Positions 42,369 to 56,500 of a stretch of 64,000 nucleotides of DNA are shown here, piece after piece. A model generated the notes under the pieces. It made no database searches and was not told where the DNA came from. It worked only from the letters and a program-made list of their open reading frames with translations. Both the position numbers and the translations under genes were made by a program. Source of the DNA: Paramecium tetraurelia (lineage: Eukaryota); the NCBI GenBank assembly GCA_000165425.1, contig CT868319.1, positions 186,001-250,000 of the forward strand. Direction: 5' to 3'. Numbering within the stretch: position 1 is the first letter of the stretch; each line of letters begins with the position of its first letter.

Positions 42369-43385
42369 TCAAACAAAACATCCATAAATCCATTTCCCTT
42401 GTAATATTACATTCTCATCTTGAGACAACGAACCCACTCCATGAAAGGCATCCAAAGCGAACCCTCCAACGAACTTAAACTCTTCTCCTCTACAGTTGAA
42501 AGTCATTACTCCTTGACCATGGAACTATCCATTTCTGAATTCTCCCTCGTAAGAAGTGAATTAATGTTAAACTAATTTAAACTACTTAAAGTTTAACAAT
42601 TTGAATTCATCTTCTTAATAATCTTGATTCACAAATCTTCCTCTTCCTGAAAATTGATCACTCTACCATTAACCCTAATATACTATGTTCGAATAAAAGT
42701 CTTTCAAAGTTCCATTACCCTGTCTCATTCCATTAACCCAATCACCCTCATAAACAAATCCATTTTCATATACTTTTCTACCTCTGCCATTCTAAACATC
42801 TTCTCTTATGGTAATGTTGGATTTCTTGAATTTCCCCACAGATGGTGTTTTACTAGAAGTTCTATGATGACAAATCATCTTGTCTTGCAATCTCGAACTA
42901 TCGATTGGAGAGTGGGTAGTGTGGATCGTATGTTTAACAGAATTCATATAAGATTGCAATGTATGTTAACTTATACAATTTGATTACTTATTGGATCTTG
43001 AGGGTCCACTTAAGTAATATGAATATGATTCTACTGAGTCAGTTTCTGTCTTCTTAAGTTGAGATCTTAATTAGTCATTCTTTTCCATTATATGAGCTAT
43101 CTTTTTTTCTAAAAAACTCAATTTGCTTATTGTTTCATCAAGCATGTCTTCTTACTTGCTCTTCTTTCTCTTAAAATAGGTAATTTATGAAGTTGGGGAT
43201 TTAGGCATCGTAGATGGTGGTAAATTATGAATAACAGCTATTTTATTATCAATGCATCTAAATGGACTTTGTGAGGTGCTTGGTGAATGAACTCGCAATA
43301 GACGAGTAGTTTGCAATCTGCTAGGTGTTTTACTAGCGATGTTAAGTTGATTTGGTCTTCTGTTCTCTTTTTAAAATTGTTTCAT
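42369..43385 (-). CDS. MORN-repeat protein
   Basis: GRGRKVYENGFVYEGDWVNGMRQGNG, YQGQWQSDQFSGRG, YEGEFRNGQFHGQG. Confidence 0.88.
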
Positions 43386-43438
43386 CAGTTAATTTTTATA
43401 TTATTGTCTACTTATAGAAAAAATGTATAATTAATTAA

Positions 43439-46089
43439 TCAATTTTTAAGTCGAAGCATCATATGCCTTTTCACAGAGTAGAAGGATGGAGGCACATTCG
43501 GTTTAGGAGGTCTGGTCGATTTTTAAGACTCTATAATACTATTAAAGTTTTTCGATAGATCTGTTATTAGTGGTTCTTCTGATTTCTTTGGAGCCAAGAA
43601 ATGTTATGGTTTGACTTTCAATCCTAGTTGCTCCAAGTTCGTTTAAGTATTTAATTTATTCTTCACATTGATACCCATCTATTGCAATAAAGGAGGTGTT
43701 GTTTAATGGGATTTGGATTGCAACTTTTTTTGATCCTTAAGTTACTTGTTTATGGTAATGTTGCTTCGTAACCTTGTGTGTTATTTAAACACATTGTAAT
43801 TTGATGTATTAAAGGATTGAATAGGGAATTAGATGTCTTCCTCTGTGACTTCCAAGTTTGCAGTGGATGGTCTCTATAAAGTGGTGTGCATCAACTATTG
43901 TAATGGTTGGAATTAATTAAGATTGTAATCCTCCTAAAACACAAGGGTGGCTGAATTCTGTCCAGTAGCAAAGTTGGTGATATAATTAGTAATTTTGGTA
44001 GACTTCTTGGATTATGAATTAGATGAGACTTTTTTGATAATTGAATTCTGGGCAGACCTTGAAGGATTATTAAACTTCTTTTCACTTTTTTATATGCTGA
44101 GCATGATGGATTGTTGTGAAGATTACTATTATTATTGTTATATTCTTGGACTAAATCTTTATTCTATTTTGGACTTTGAAACTGGTTGCATGATTGAAAT
44201 CATTGGTTTTTCTTTATATCTAGATTTGGTTAGGTCTTCTGATAATAATAATTATTATTTTAGGTCTTCCAAATAAGTTTCACTTCCATCATCATCAGAG
44301 GAATCAGACTCTTTCTCGGACACTGATATATTCATTTTATCAGCATCTTGTTTAAGTTCATCAAATAGATTAGCAAACTTTGTATTTTGAAATTATTAAT
44401 AACATTAATCTTCTTAATAGCCAGTGAAACTTCTTTTTTTATTGAATGACGAATTCTTTAGTTATCGATTTGATCTTTTGGTCTCATCATTTTTTTGATT
44501 GTATATGACATCCATCTCACTTTGCATCTCCACTAATTCAGTCAATGCCTCTCCTATTATCCATCCCATCTATATCCAGTGTTTGCATGTGAATTCAAAG
44601 GTCTAAGTTGAATTATAATAACTCCCATTGGATGATTCTATTGTAAAACAATTCACTATGTCATACAAGTCTAAAAACACTCCTCTGGCTGTTGACTTCT
44701 TCGATTGACTGATTCTGAATATGGAAGAATAGTATCGAAACATCTCTGTCTTCTACCCCAATAACTTAGCCAACACTCTACACTTATAATAATTGTAATT
44801 CCACAATGGATATTCAGGACCATAAAGAAATACATTCTTTTTTACTTATATATTTGTTATTCTTACCAGAATGACCGTGCAGATCTATGAATCCAATGAG
44901 ATTGTTCCCAAAAATACTGTGCTACTCTTTCACTAATCTTTTCATCGCCCATACTGTAGGAAACAGCATCTGATCAGTCAACTTAAATCTGCGATTCAAA
45001 TCTTTACCAGCTATCCCTGTTCTATAATTCCCTAAAATCACCCCATCAGGATTCATCATAGGTACAACCTTTATTACACACCTAAATCATAATCAATAAT
45101 CAGTACTTCTTGATCAGTTTCAATCCCTACTGACTAGACAGGAACTCTAATAATCCTTACATAACCCAAGAACCATTCGATTCACCAGGGTGGATCCGAG
45201 CTTAAATTATCATACATTTTTGGTTCTAATTATTGTTCCCATTGCTGAATGTGTAGAGAGGTAATTGTATTCCACTTAAAGATTCACAAAATACTGTTTT
45301 TTCAACATGGTTACAGTTTTTTTGCATGTTCAAACAAAATTCAAGCAATTATGTGTATGTGTATGGTACACAATAAGCAACCTTTATAAGCTCATTATCT
45401 CCATTGCAGACTAATTTAAAAGACAAGCAATTATAATGTTAATGATAGTGAGTTTTATATTGCATTTATTCTCCTCCCTACTACCATTCAGGATTTGTTG
45501 ATCTCCACAAATACGGTTTCATTCCTCTTTCATAAAGAGTACGTGATTTGCGAAAATTACATACATTTAATTGAATAGTTTCAGCTTTCTTCATTCCTGT
45601 GACTTCAAAGTTGTACCATGAAGTATGTCCTTTAGTGTTACCATCTACTCTCATATACAAATCGTATTCTGTTTCAGAACACTTGACTACAACATCCAAA
45701 TTACCACTCTCAAAAGTTGAATTGAAGATGATTCTACTGCTTAGGTTGGGATTCATGCCTAGAAATGGTAATTGAGGTTTTCTTTGCAATATTTTAATTT
45801 ATTTGAAAGGATAGGATGAGCCATTGGAGTATTATTTATGCATCTGGCCAGTGTCTTATGGTCTGAATCCAAGATAGACTAATTGATTGTTGTGTAATGC
45901 CTTGGCAATAATTGAGTCGTTTAAGTGATTGGCAAAGTTGAGTGTGAGTAGTTTACTATAGTCAACTTTTGGAGCCCATCCAAGAAGCATGTCATTCTCC
46001 AGGCTGAAGCTATGATCTGTAAGAGTGATGGCCTTAGGAATTTGATTAAGGAACGGTTGGATGTTCAAATCAACATCCTAATTTAACAT
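43439..46089 (-). CDS. Cytosolic carboxypeptidase (M14D, CCP/AGBL tubulin deglutamylase family)
   Basis: FNSTFESGNL, ARIHPGESNGSW, PMMNPDGVILGNYR..DLNR, DLHGHS, TARGV, FTIESS. Confidence 0.92.
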
Positions 46090-46104
46090 ACTATAATAAA
46101 AAGT

Positions 46105-46537
46105 ATGAGGAACTGTCAAAATTTATTCAATCATGAACTAGGGTAGATTATCAAATTTCAACAATTCAACATTAAAAAACATCTCACAAGTATGCAGGAA
46201 CAAGAAATATAATAATATTTGGTGTACGGACAGAGGAGAGTATTTATATGTGAAGTATGATCAAACATCCATGATACCTATTTTAATTCAAAGAAACCAA
46301 GATTTAAATAAGAATGAAGACTCTATTCGACTAATAAGTATATCTATTGAGTTCGATTGTTAGATGTCTAGATTTATCAAAATCTGGTTGGTAGGCAGAT
46401 CCAACACAAAATCTTATTTTCAAAAAGAAATAATCTTAAAAGAATATGAGCTAAATTCGCTAAATTATTATGAAGTTAACTCCAAGACATAAATTATGAC
46501 ATTGACAAAGTTTAAAGAAATAAACTTTAAAATATGA
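46105..46537 (+). CDS. Hypothetical protein (possibly truncated or decaying)
   Basis: About 143-codon frame MRNCQNLF..MQEQEIYNIWCTDRGEY..FKI-TGA; no known motif. Confidence 0.35.
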
Positions 46538-46932
46538 AATTTGCGACTATAAGTTTTCTCACTTGATTAAGATGGCCGGAATTTTAATCTCATCAAATTT
46601 ATATTATGTTGAAATTAGGCACAAAAAAGGTATTGAAAATGGGCAGTATTTCTAAAGTTGAAATTAATATTAGGAAGAATTAAATATGTAAAACTATATG
46701 GAGATAATGTTATCTCATAGATTGAATCCAAATTAACACTATTGAATAATATCCATTCTCACTTTATACCCATGGTAGTGATATATTTTGATCAAACTCA
46801 ACAAAAGAACTTTCATAACAATTATCATAATTATTATAATTATTTATTTTAAAATTATCAAATTTTTATTGATTATTAATTAGTTGCATTTATTTTTCAA
46901 ATATCATATAAATATCAATGATTACAAAATAA

Positions 46933-49154
46933 TCAAACGTTGGTTGATTTTTTAAATTACTCTTAGTTCTTTAAAAAGTGTTCAATCCTAAATTTATATA
47001 ATTATATTACGTTTAATTACAAATTGGGCATCTCACTAATTTTGTATTAATTCTTACCCAATCTTCAAAACAATCTAAATGAAAAGTGTGTCCACAGAAT
47101 ATCTATATGATATCCTGTTTTATTTCATATTTCTCAATACAGAAAGGACACTTGTCTTCATCGTATTTTAGGATCTATTATGAAAATCTCTCCTTTACTA
47201 TTACTTTGTCCTTAATCATCTACTCCATCACATTGTAGAGACTTTCAGTATCCAAACTGTGCTGATTATTTTAAAGAGATAATTAAATTAAATAATTCAT
47301 TCTTTTATTTGCTAAATAAATGATAGTTCCAAATAGAATTATGGCTAAACAAAGCCAACCTATTAGTTTATAAATTCTATAAAGTTCTGAATCTATTAGA
47401 GAATCTTATGACTTAATTGTGACTGAAAGATCACTCACTTTTATATTCTCCAAAATTACGAAAGTGATTCTAAAGTAATAGCCTTTGAATCTAAAATCAG
47501 AGTTAAAATGATTAATCAATATTTCATCACATAATTATGACAATTCATTTCCTAAGCATATACTCTGTTAAATGAAATTCATATTTGATTATTACTCTAC
47601 TTATAAGTTGAAATCCAAATTAAATTCTTAAAAAGTAGTCGCATCATGAAATAATGTAAATACCGTACCTTTTGATACATTTCCATAATATGTTTAATTA
47701 AACTCGATCTCTTAGCCACACTTTAATATTTTATTAACAAACCATTTTGAACTTTCCTTCACTTAATTTAAGTCTATTCCCTCATAATTCTATTAAGTCT
47801 AACATATATCGTCAATCCACTCACAACCAGTTTATTACATACAAGCATAACAGCTATTAAATTTATTGCAACCATTTAAAAATTCATTATACAAAGATTC
47901 AAATATACATTCAGATTTATGTGGTATTAAGGAAATGTTCAAAGGTTCGTATATAAGATCGCAAGGTATCGAACAGTTTTCAGTTAATTTAACTTCATTT
48001 GGATATAATGAAATTTTTGTATGATATGATTATTAATACTTGATAGATTCCAAATTCATTTAAGGTAATTCTTCGATATCATATTAGCAAAATTAAAATT
48101 GATCCATTATTATATGATTAATATGGACTTATGCAGTTTCAAACTGATCATAAATTAATATTAACTCAGTTTCGTCTAAAAGAAATGCAATATTGGAATA
48201 TTAAAAATCGATTTTTTGAATTAGTCTCACAGATTTTGATTAATATTAATATTGAATTTCTTCAATAATGAATATTTTAGTGTAGTTCATATTTTGTTAC
48301 AATATGTATTTTGAATCTGTTCCATCAAAATTAGTTATCATTTATAGAGGTTGCTAATCAAACCAATATATCTCTTAAATTTCATATAAAGTCTCTCCTA
48401 TGCTATAGAGTACTTAGAATTGCTCATATGTGATGATTATGTACCCTGATTTCCACACTTTCCAATTTAATGGAACTTTATTTTCAGATAAAGGGTATGT
48501 TGATGCCTCTCTGAATTAGTTATCAAATAGAGAGTATTCAATCAATTAGATCTGATTCTACTTCAATACAATTAACAATAGAGCATTTCTTATTTTGTTA
48601 TAAGATTATGAAAATCCAAAAATGCTTCTATCATCATCTGAATTGAATTTGTATGAAATATTTTAAAACTAATTCACATTTCCAGGATAGATTGGATGCA
48701 TTTCGATCAAATAATCTTGTTTGCCTTATCTTTTTAATAGTGATACCATAGTACAGAGTGAATCTATTTATGTGAGATCATAAAACATTAGATTATTTTC
48801 CTTCTTAATCAAATTAGAATGTTAAGTATACAGAGTCCTTCTTATTTCTAAGGTTTTCTATCCTTCAGTTGTGATGATCTGACAAATTACATAGTTGCTT
48901 AACTAAATTTCACCATTTCTTTCAAAAGAATAAATGCCAATCTATTATATAAACCATTTAATATCTACTTATTTTTATGCGAGTTCTAATTTTGGAACAA
49001 AAACATAATCCTATATACATTGAAATAGGTAGTGATCCGAATTAGAACCAGAGTAAGAGCATTCTCTAAAAATTTGATTCTCCACACTACCGTTTGATCT
49101 CGTATATAGGTGAGAACCAAAGACTATCTCAATAAATAGTATGTAGAAATGCAT
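46933..49154 (-). CDS. Type I membrane RING-H2 E3 ubiquitin ligase
   Basis: Signal peptide MHFYILFIEIVFG; long luminal domain with Cys clusters; TM IGWLCLAIILFGTIIYL; CPFC..CGHTFHLDC..W..CPIC. Confidence 0.85.
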
Positions 49155-49292
49155 GCAAAAATTAATTGTTTTTGATTTAAAGTGAATTAAGAACTTAATA
49201 ATAAACTAAATTAGTTGGTGTTCAAATTCCATATAATATCCTGATAAATATTTATAATTTTATAGAAAATAAATATAATAGTATAAAATTGA

Positions 49293-51046
49293 TCATTAAC
49301 GAACTGTCATCTATTATTTCCACTATTTGAACTATGCTATAGGTGACTGATCTTCTTCGTCAGAGGATTCTCTGAATTTTACTTCCTTGTTGATTATATC
49401 TAAGTATGAAATTGATCTATCTCTATTTCCAAATGTATCGAGAGCATACTAATCCTTATTTTGAGGATTACTTTTCTTCACTTTCTATTAGAATTAAGCC
49501 TTATAAGAAGTATTTTATTGAGACTGTTGCTTCAATTAATTTATGCATTGATTAGATTTGGTATCTTTCTTCTCTTGATTTTCTTTATTTTACAGTACAT
49601 TATCTTTGCTTTTATTTAATTGTCTACCTTATTTAATTTGTTTTTCTTTTTCATCCTATAAGGATTAATCAGTAATGGCACTTTAACAAGAAATATTGAA
49701 TTGAGGTAACATATATTCTTGAGAATATCTCAGATCTTCTTATTATTGAAATTCTGATTGTAATTATTTCACTTATTATTGCAATTCTTAATTTTACTAT
49801 CTTAAAGTTTGCTTTTCTTATTTGAATTTTGTGATTTGCTTATGTATGTCAGTTAGATGATTTTATAATTCTTCAATGAAGTTCTAATTTTCATTCAATT
49901 ACTTCATCAAATTTGAGATTTCCTTCTAATGTTTTGATTCAAGTTCTTTCTCCTTGATATCACACTATTCTTCAAAATACTTTTACATTTCTTCAATTAC
50001 AACTTATTCATTGTTTGTTTATAATTATTATTCCAATATAGTAATCTATTGATTTTGTTAAGCTAATTTCTTTTCCAATTCATTAAACTTAACCATTAAA
50101 TCTTGGTTCTCCTTCTCCTTTTGCTAAATCAAACTATCCCTTTCGTTGAGTTATTCATCATAACTTTATTTGGTCATCTCTAATTAAGCTTAATTCTCAT
50201 CTATTTATATTTCCAATTATTCTATCTAATTCTTTTATTAGTTAAGTATATTAGTCATCTAATTGTTCTAAGTATTAACAATATTCAATTATTTCTAGAA
50301 CTCATTTCTAAAACTCAGATTTAATATATATACTTCTATTGATTAAGACATTTCTCTATTGTACTCTTCTCTCTGGAGGATAGGTTGTTAGCTTCCGCAA
50401 TCAAAATCTCATACTTTTCTGCTATCTGCACTTTCTCTCTTTCCAATTAATCAACTGTATGTTTCATCTTCTCTATTTGAGTAATCCTTTCTTATAAAAT
50501 CTATTGATGGTCAAATAAATACTTAATTCAGTTTTGAATTCTCTCCTAATACTAAATTTATCTTCTGTTCATATTCCATAACTCTTTTCTCTTATAACTT
50601 TTCTTTTTCCATTCTTCTCGAAGATTCTAATTGATCATCCTTATGTAATAGTTTATTCTAATTATATGATAGTCATATACTTCAATCTCCAATTGTCTTA
50701 GTAATTTGTTTAAATTCATTATCTCATTATCCTTTTTATTAAGAATTTATGCAAACTTATCTTATTACTCTAAAAATTGGGACGATTTATCCACATCGCT
50801 AATCCGTTTATTCTTCTCTATTTCATCCATTAGCATTCTTTTCAATTCAATATTCTCAGCCAATTATTCTTCAAGTTAAGTTCTATAATCCTCAAGGTCA
50901 TATTTGTTATCTCTATCACAAGCAAATGAAACCATTGAGGTTTTTAGAGAGGCCTCTGATCTGTTAGTAACATCTAATTATTTCAAGACCTCCCTATTTG
51001 ATTATTAGAATTGCTTCTCTTCACTATCTATGTAGTATTTGTTCAT
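49293..51046 (-). CDS. Coiled-coil protein
   Basis: Q/E/K/L-rich heptads; MNKYYIDSEEK...; tiny introns; TGA stop. Confidence 0.75.
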
Positions 51047-51517
51047 AAGTTCTTTTAACGAATAAATATTTAATAATATGATGTATAAAAATTTAATGAA
51101 TATTTTATAAAACATCAGTTGAAAATAAAGTTTTCAACCTTTATATATTAATTCTTAGGCTATTATATTAGTTAGCCCCATTTATATTACTAATATATAT
51201 TTAAGAGTTTATTAATTAATTAGATGAATATAAGATTTATTTAATGATGAAATTAATATTCTTCTATTTTATTCATTACAAAACTCATAAATCTTAGATT
51301 CTCAGCTCTGATACAGATCTAGTTATAAAAAATTAAAAATCTAATTTTATTATATGCACAAACACTTTAACTTCTGGATTCATTTAGATTTTATAATAAA
51401 TTAGGGTTAAAGATCTTCCAGGTTTAATTGTTTTTTTAAAGTTGCTTAATAATTAAATAAATAAGAAATAAACTAAAATATTAATAATTAAATATAATTT
51501 AAAATGGTGTGAATTAA

Positions 51518-52036
51518 TCAATGACATCTGCTCTTCATCAAAGTTATTTACTCTTTTAAAATTTACTCAACTAACTTATATTCTTTTTATTTTTCATTCC
51601 TAAGTTCTTCCTCAAGCGCCTTTATATCCATTTATTAATGAGCACCAATCCTTTGAATTTGACTGTTTTGTAGGATAACCTACAATTAATGTCTAAGCTT
51701 TTATTTGAATTCTTTCGTTTTTGTTATTTGCTCACATTTGATGCCTTCCTGAATTTAGGCAATTTATTTAAGCAAATCAATTTGTCTATCATAATCTAAA
51801 GTTTATTGAATAAATGTACCTTTATGAGGTTGCTTGATAACCCCTTGTTTTCTGAATTTATTTAGTATAGCTTTTGCTGTTGAAAAGTTAATCTTACAAA
51901 TTTAAGCAGAAGCTCTTATAGTTTTGTTATCACATAAAACAAGTTTGAGAAATTCGATTCTAGAGGCTAACTTTTTCTTTTTGTCTTTTGTACAATTCTT
52001 ATTTTAGATATTCCTAAATTACTTGGCTTCCGACAT
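51518..52036 (-). CDS. Small helix-turn-helix protein (ciliate 'INFSTAK' type)
   Basis: RIEFLKLVLCDNKTIRASAQICKINFSTAKAILNKFRKQG; C-terminal coiled coil. Confidence 0.7.
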
Positions 52037-52223
52037 TGAGATATTAAAAAATATTAATTTAGTATTTTGAAAGAAAAATCACTTATTAGGAATTAATTAT
52101 AATCATCGAACAATCAAAACTTATATAATATATGTGGAGGTAGATATGACATAATGCCTTATCAATTTTTCAGTTTCTAACATTAATACTATATATAATT
52201 ATATAATAGTTAATATATATTTT

Positions 52224-53356
52224 TCATTTTTGAAATTACTGGATAGAATTAAACTTATAGTATTCTAAGGAGGAAGATGCTTGAAATTCCTTGTAAAATG
52301 AATCAACACAATTTAAAAAGAACATTTACATAAATATTGATTGAATATTACCCTTCAAATTTTGAAAGTAACATTCATGTTTTTTTAGAATTTCTTGTAA
52401 AATCATTACACCCTTTGTTCTTTATTACTCAACCGATTTTTCAATCTAAATAAATATAAAATTATAATACTACCTAGTCAAATTCGTGCATATTAAATTA
52501 TCTAAATTTACGTCCTATATTTTTATTTAGAAATTCTATTTTTGATTTACCGTTAAAAGTTCTAAAAACATCATGTCTTTTTGTTATTTCACATAAATAA
52601 ACCTTGAATCTCATTTATATTTGTCTAATTTTAGAATAAATCTCATTACTTAATTAATTATCTCAATTAATGGAATTTACTAGTAAATTAAATTGAAACT
52701 TTTAATCATTAAGGCAATTATTAGACTTCGAAAACAAACTTTTATTCAAACCTGCATATCCTTAAATCATTACCTAACCTAATTTTTATAAAACGTTTTA
52801 GATTTCTATATTGTAAGATTACAGTTATGCTTTTATAATTGAACTTGCAACATTTTATAACGTAGCATCAACTTATTATAACGCTAAGTTGACTCTGTTA
52901 AATGTGAAATTTAATAAATTTTGTCATAGTTAAAGGAAGTCTTTTAAACTATTTTTAGGTAACCCAATCTTATAAGATTCTGAATTTAAGGTTTTATAGT
53001 ACCTCCATTTTTAGTAATTTACCAGTTTATTTAGAATTATTGATACTATTATTTCTAAAGAAAATCTTTACTCTTGCGATAAATTAGAAGTTACCATTGA
53101 TTTTCTTTCAAGAAGTTAATTAAATTATTTTTTTTATCTCACAACTTTCCTTCAAGTTCTACTAATTTAGTCTTCTAAATCTTTTATTGAAGTATTAAAA
53201 TTATCTGTATCTTGGTCCAAAATATGCTGTTAAAAAAATTATTTATTATCTAATTTTACTTTTAATTCTAAATTTTTTAAGTTTCTTTTCTGCTATTTAT
53301 GATTATAAAGTAGCGATTTCTTTAGACATTTTATTTTTCTAATTTTGAGTTGGCAT
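52224..53356 (-). pseudogene. Decayed coiled-coil gene
   Basis: MPTQNQKNKMSKEIATLQ... frame with several in-frame TGA codons and intron-like remnants. Confidence 0.45.
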
Positions 53357-53580
53357 TACAATTACAATGGTAAAAAAAAATTATTAAATCCAGAGCTTAC
53401 ATTAATTTTATGAAGTAATTAAGAGAATCGTTTCTTTGTTTTGAATTAAGATAAATAACCTGACTTATTTAAGGTTTAAAGATTGCCCTAAAATTTATTT
53501 TCAAGGGGGTTTGTTTCTTTTTAAGGAGCAAATTTAATTTAATTAATTTATATGAATTTGTTATTTTTTCATATTAAGTC

Positions 53581-56500
53581 TCAAAATGTCCAAAATCTGT
53601 CTTATACATCAAAATTAATTATGCTAAAGATTGAAATATATTTACTAATGTAGATATTTTAATTTTTCTGTTTCAAAATGCTGTCCTATTTACAAATCTT
53701 TATTGTATAGTTTAGTTGGTTCTAAACTGATCTCTTCTTATGAATTGGCTATTTATATTTTAGGATATTTATCCTCTAATACTATTGCTTAGGATTCTAT
53801 GAAATTATAAAACTGGTCTTGATATTCAATTAATAAATTTATTTATATATGAATCAATAATTTTGTATATCTTATTAAGTAAATTATTGTGATTGTAACT
53901 TTTTATGCTGTTAATTCTATAAATAATTGTAAGAATAGAAATACTTTTATATGATTTAATCTAGAATTTTCACTGGCTAATAGAGCTAATTTGTTTTCCA
54001 ATTCTATAATTTTCTTATCTTTCTCAAAATCATTGCTCATTCCATAACTGTGATTAGCACTACGAACAGAATTCTACTTGCCTGACTATTAAAGTTGTTC
54101 CTAAAGTTGATTATATTCAATATCCTATGATTTTATTTTTTCCACTAAGACTTGAATTTCTTCTAACATCTCTTAATTTTATTATTAAAGTTCAACAAAT
54201 TATTGACTTCTTTAAGATGATCGATTGGGAATTGCATTAAGAATCAATAGATTAATCATTTATTCCAATGTTTAATCACCCTAATAACATAAATTAAAAG
54301 CATACATAAATAGGAAATTCTTTCAAAATCATTTATCGATATTAATTTTCTATATCCTTTGATGGCAATTTTGAGTTTCTAAGATTTAATTCTAATTGTT
54401 TATTTTTCTAATTATTTCAATTATATATTTACTTATTATTCTTGCTTATAGTTTTCTATCATATCCGCTAAATCATTTTCTGAATCTTATAATTTTAAAT
54501 TCAACTCATCTAATTGCGTAGTAAGTTTTTAGATTTTTAATTCAAGTATTTTGTTTTCCTATTGAATATTGAGATTGTTAATTGTGATATTTGGATTTAA
54601 TGATAAATTCTGATTTATTCTTAAGATTGCTAATTCATTTTAGTAGTTATCTGATTAATATTTCAATTTGCTATTCTCTTCCTCTAATAACTTAATTTCT
54701 TGATCTTAATCTTCATAGCCCTTTTATAAAATTTTAAATTATTCTTCCAATGAATTTATTAATCTCTATTTTTCTTCAATTTCCTTATCGTAGAATTTAA
54801 CCAAATTGCCTGATTGACCCTTTTCACTTAGACTATAATCTTTTTAAGAATTTGATAGTTACTATTAGAGCTCTATAATTTTATCTTTTAGAGCTCTCTT
54901 CTTCTACTTTTACTTTTACTGATATTCATTATTTTATAATATATTAAGTTATCTTTGCAGATTTCTGTTTTATTCTTCTTAGTCTCTTAAACTTTTCTGC
55001 ACTTATTGTAGGTTTGTTTATAATAATGTGATTTAATCCATTTGCTTATTAGAAGGATTAGAAATTTCATTTCTTCCTTGTTTTAGTTGATTTTAAAGCT
55101 TTTCTATTTGTCTTCTATAGTTTTATATTTCATTCTAATTAGTGTTTTATTCTGAAGTTATTTATTATTTTAATATTATTATTTCTTACTTTTAAATTTC
55201 ATTTTATTAAGTTAATTATCTGATTTATTATCTTAATTAATTAGATTGATCAAATTTAAAATTCTATCCATCACTCTTTAATATCTCATTTTCATTAATC
55301 AATTAGTTGATAGTCTTTTTTAAATCAGCTATTTCATTTTACTCTAGTGTTGAATCCTAATTTATATCATTAAGTTAATTCTACAACAATCTGATTTAAT
55401 TTTAATAATTTCCTTATTAATCTTATAATTATTTAATCTAAGTTGATAATTTTCTTATTTCATCTTAATCTTATTGTCTGATGATATTCAATTGGCTAAT
55501 CTATTTTAATAATTATTAATTCAATTGATTGGCTGATTCTAACTTTTCATTTGCTTGTTAATTGTAGGTATTAATATCCTTTTATTAATTAAGTATTTAT
55601 TATGATAATTATTAATTTTATTTTTAAAGTTTTTCATTTTAAACATTTTAATCTTAATATTATTAAGTTAATAGACCTAGTTTATTCTATAAATCTTTTA
55701 TGTCCTTTTTTGACATGTTTAGTTAATCACTCAATTATTATTGTCTTTAATTATGCTCCTCTGTTAATTTCTTAATTTCATTCTCTTGCCTAAATTATAA
55801 ATATTTGACCTTTTCATCATATTCATTGAGTTATTTTTCTAATAGAAAATGCTATGATGAAAACATTTAAACTTAACTAGTCAATTTAATATTTTATCCA
55901 TGCAATTGTTAAACTTCTTCTGGCTAATGAAAAGTAACAGTAGATTCATAGTTTATAGATTCTTTTTCTTGCTATTATTTAATCTCATCTTCCAAATGAG
56001 TAATCCTATTTTACAAAGTCTTTGCTTATTTATCATACAACACTAATTGATGTTGTAACTCTTTATTCATTTAATTTGTTTTATTTTCTTTTTCCTGTAT
56101 TGCTTCATACAAGTGTTTAAATTTCAATTCTTAAGAGGCTGTCAAATTCGTAACTGATTGATTGTCCTTGAATTTTACATTCTGTAATTCAATCTCCATT
56201 TAATGCAACTAACTTTTAAGTTAATTGTTTTCATTCACTATAGCGACCTATAATTCTTAATAATAGTTTTATTATTGTAAAAAGTCTTACTATTGTCTCT
56301 AGATCTCATATTCTCGTTCTCTTAATTGTTAACTCAATTTAAGTATTTATTATTTATTCTCTTGGTTTTGTTTGTTCAATTGGTCCACTTAATCCAGCAG
56401 ATCAACTGAATTATTATGAAATGTTGATATCTATCTTCTTACACTATTTTGATAGTCTATCATCTTCTATTCATGTTCTAACTTCACCTATTCTTAATCA

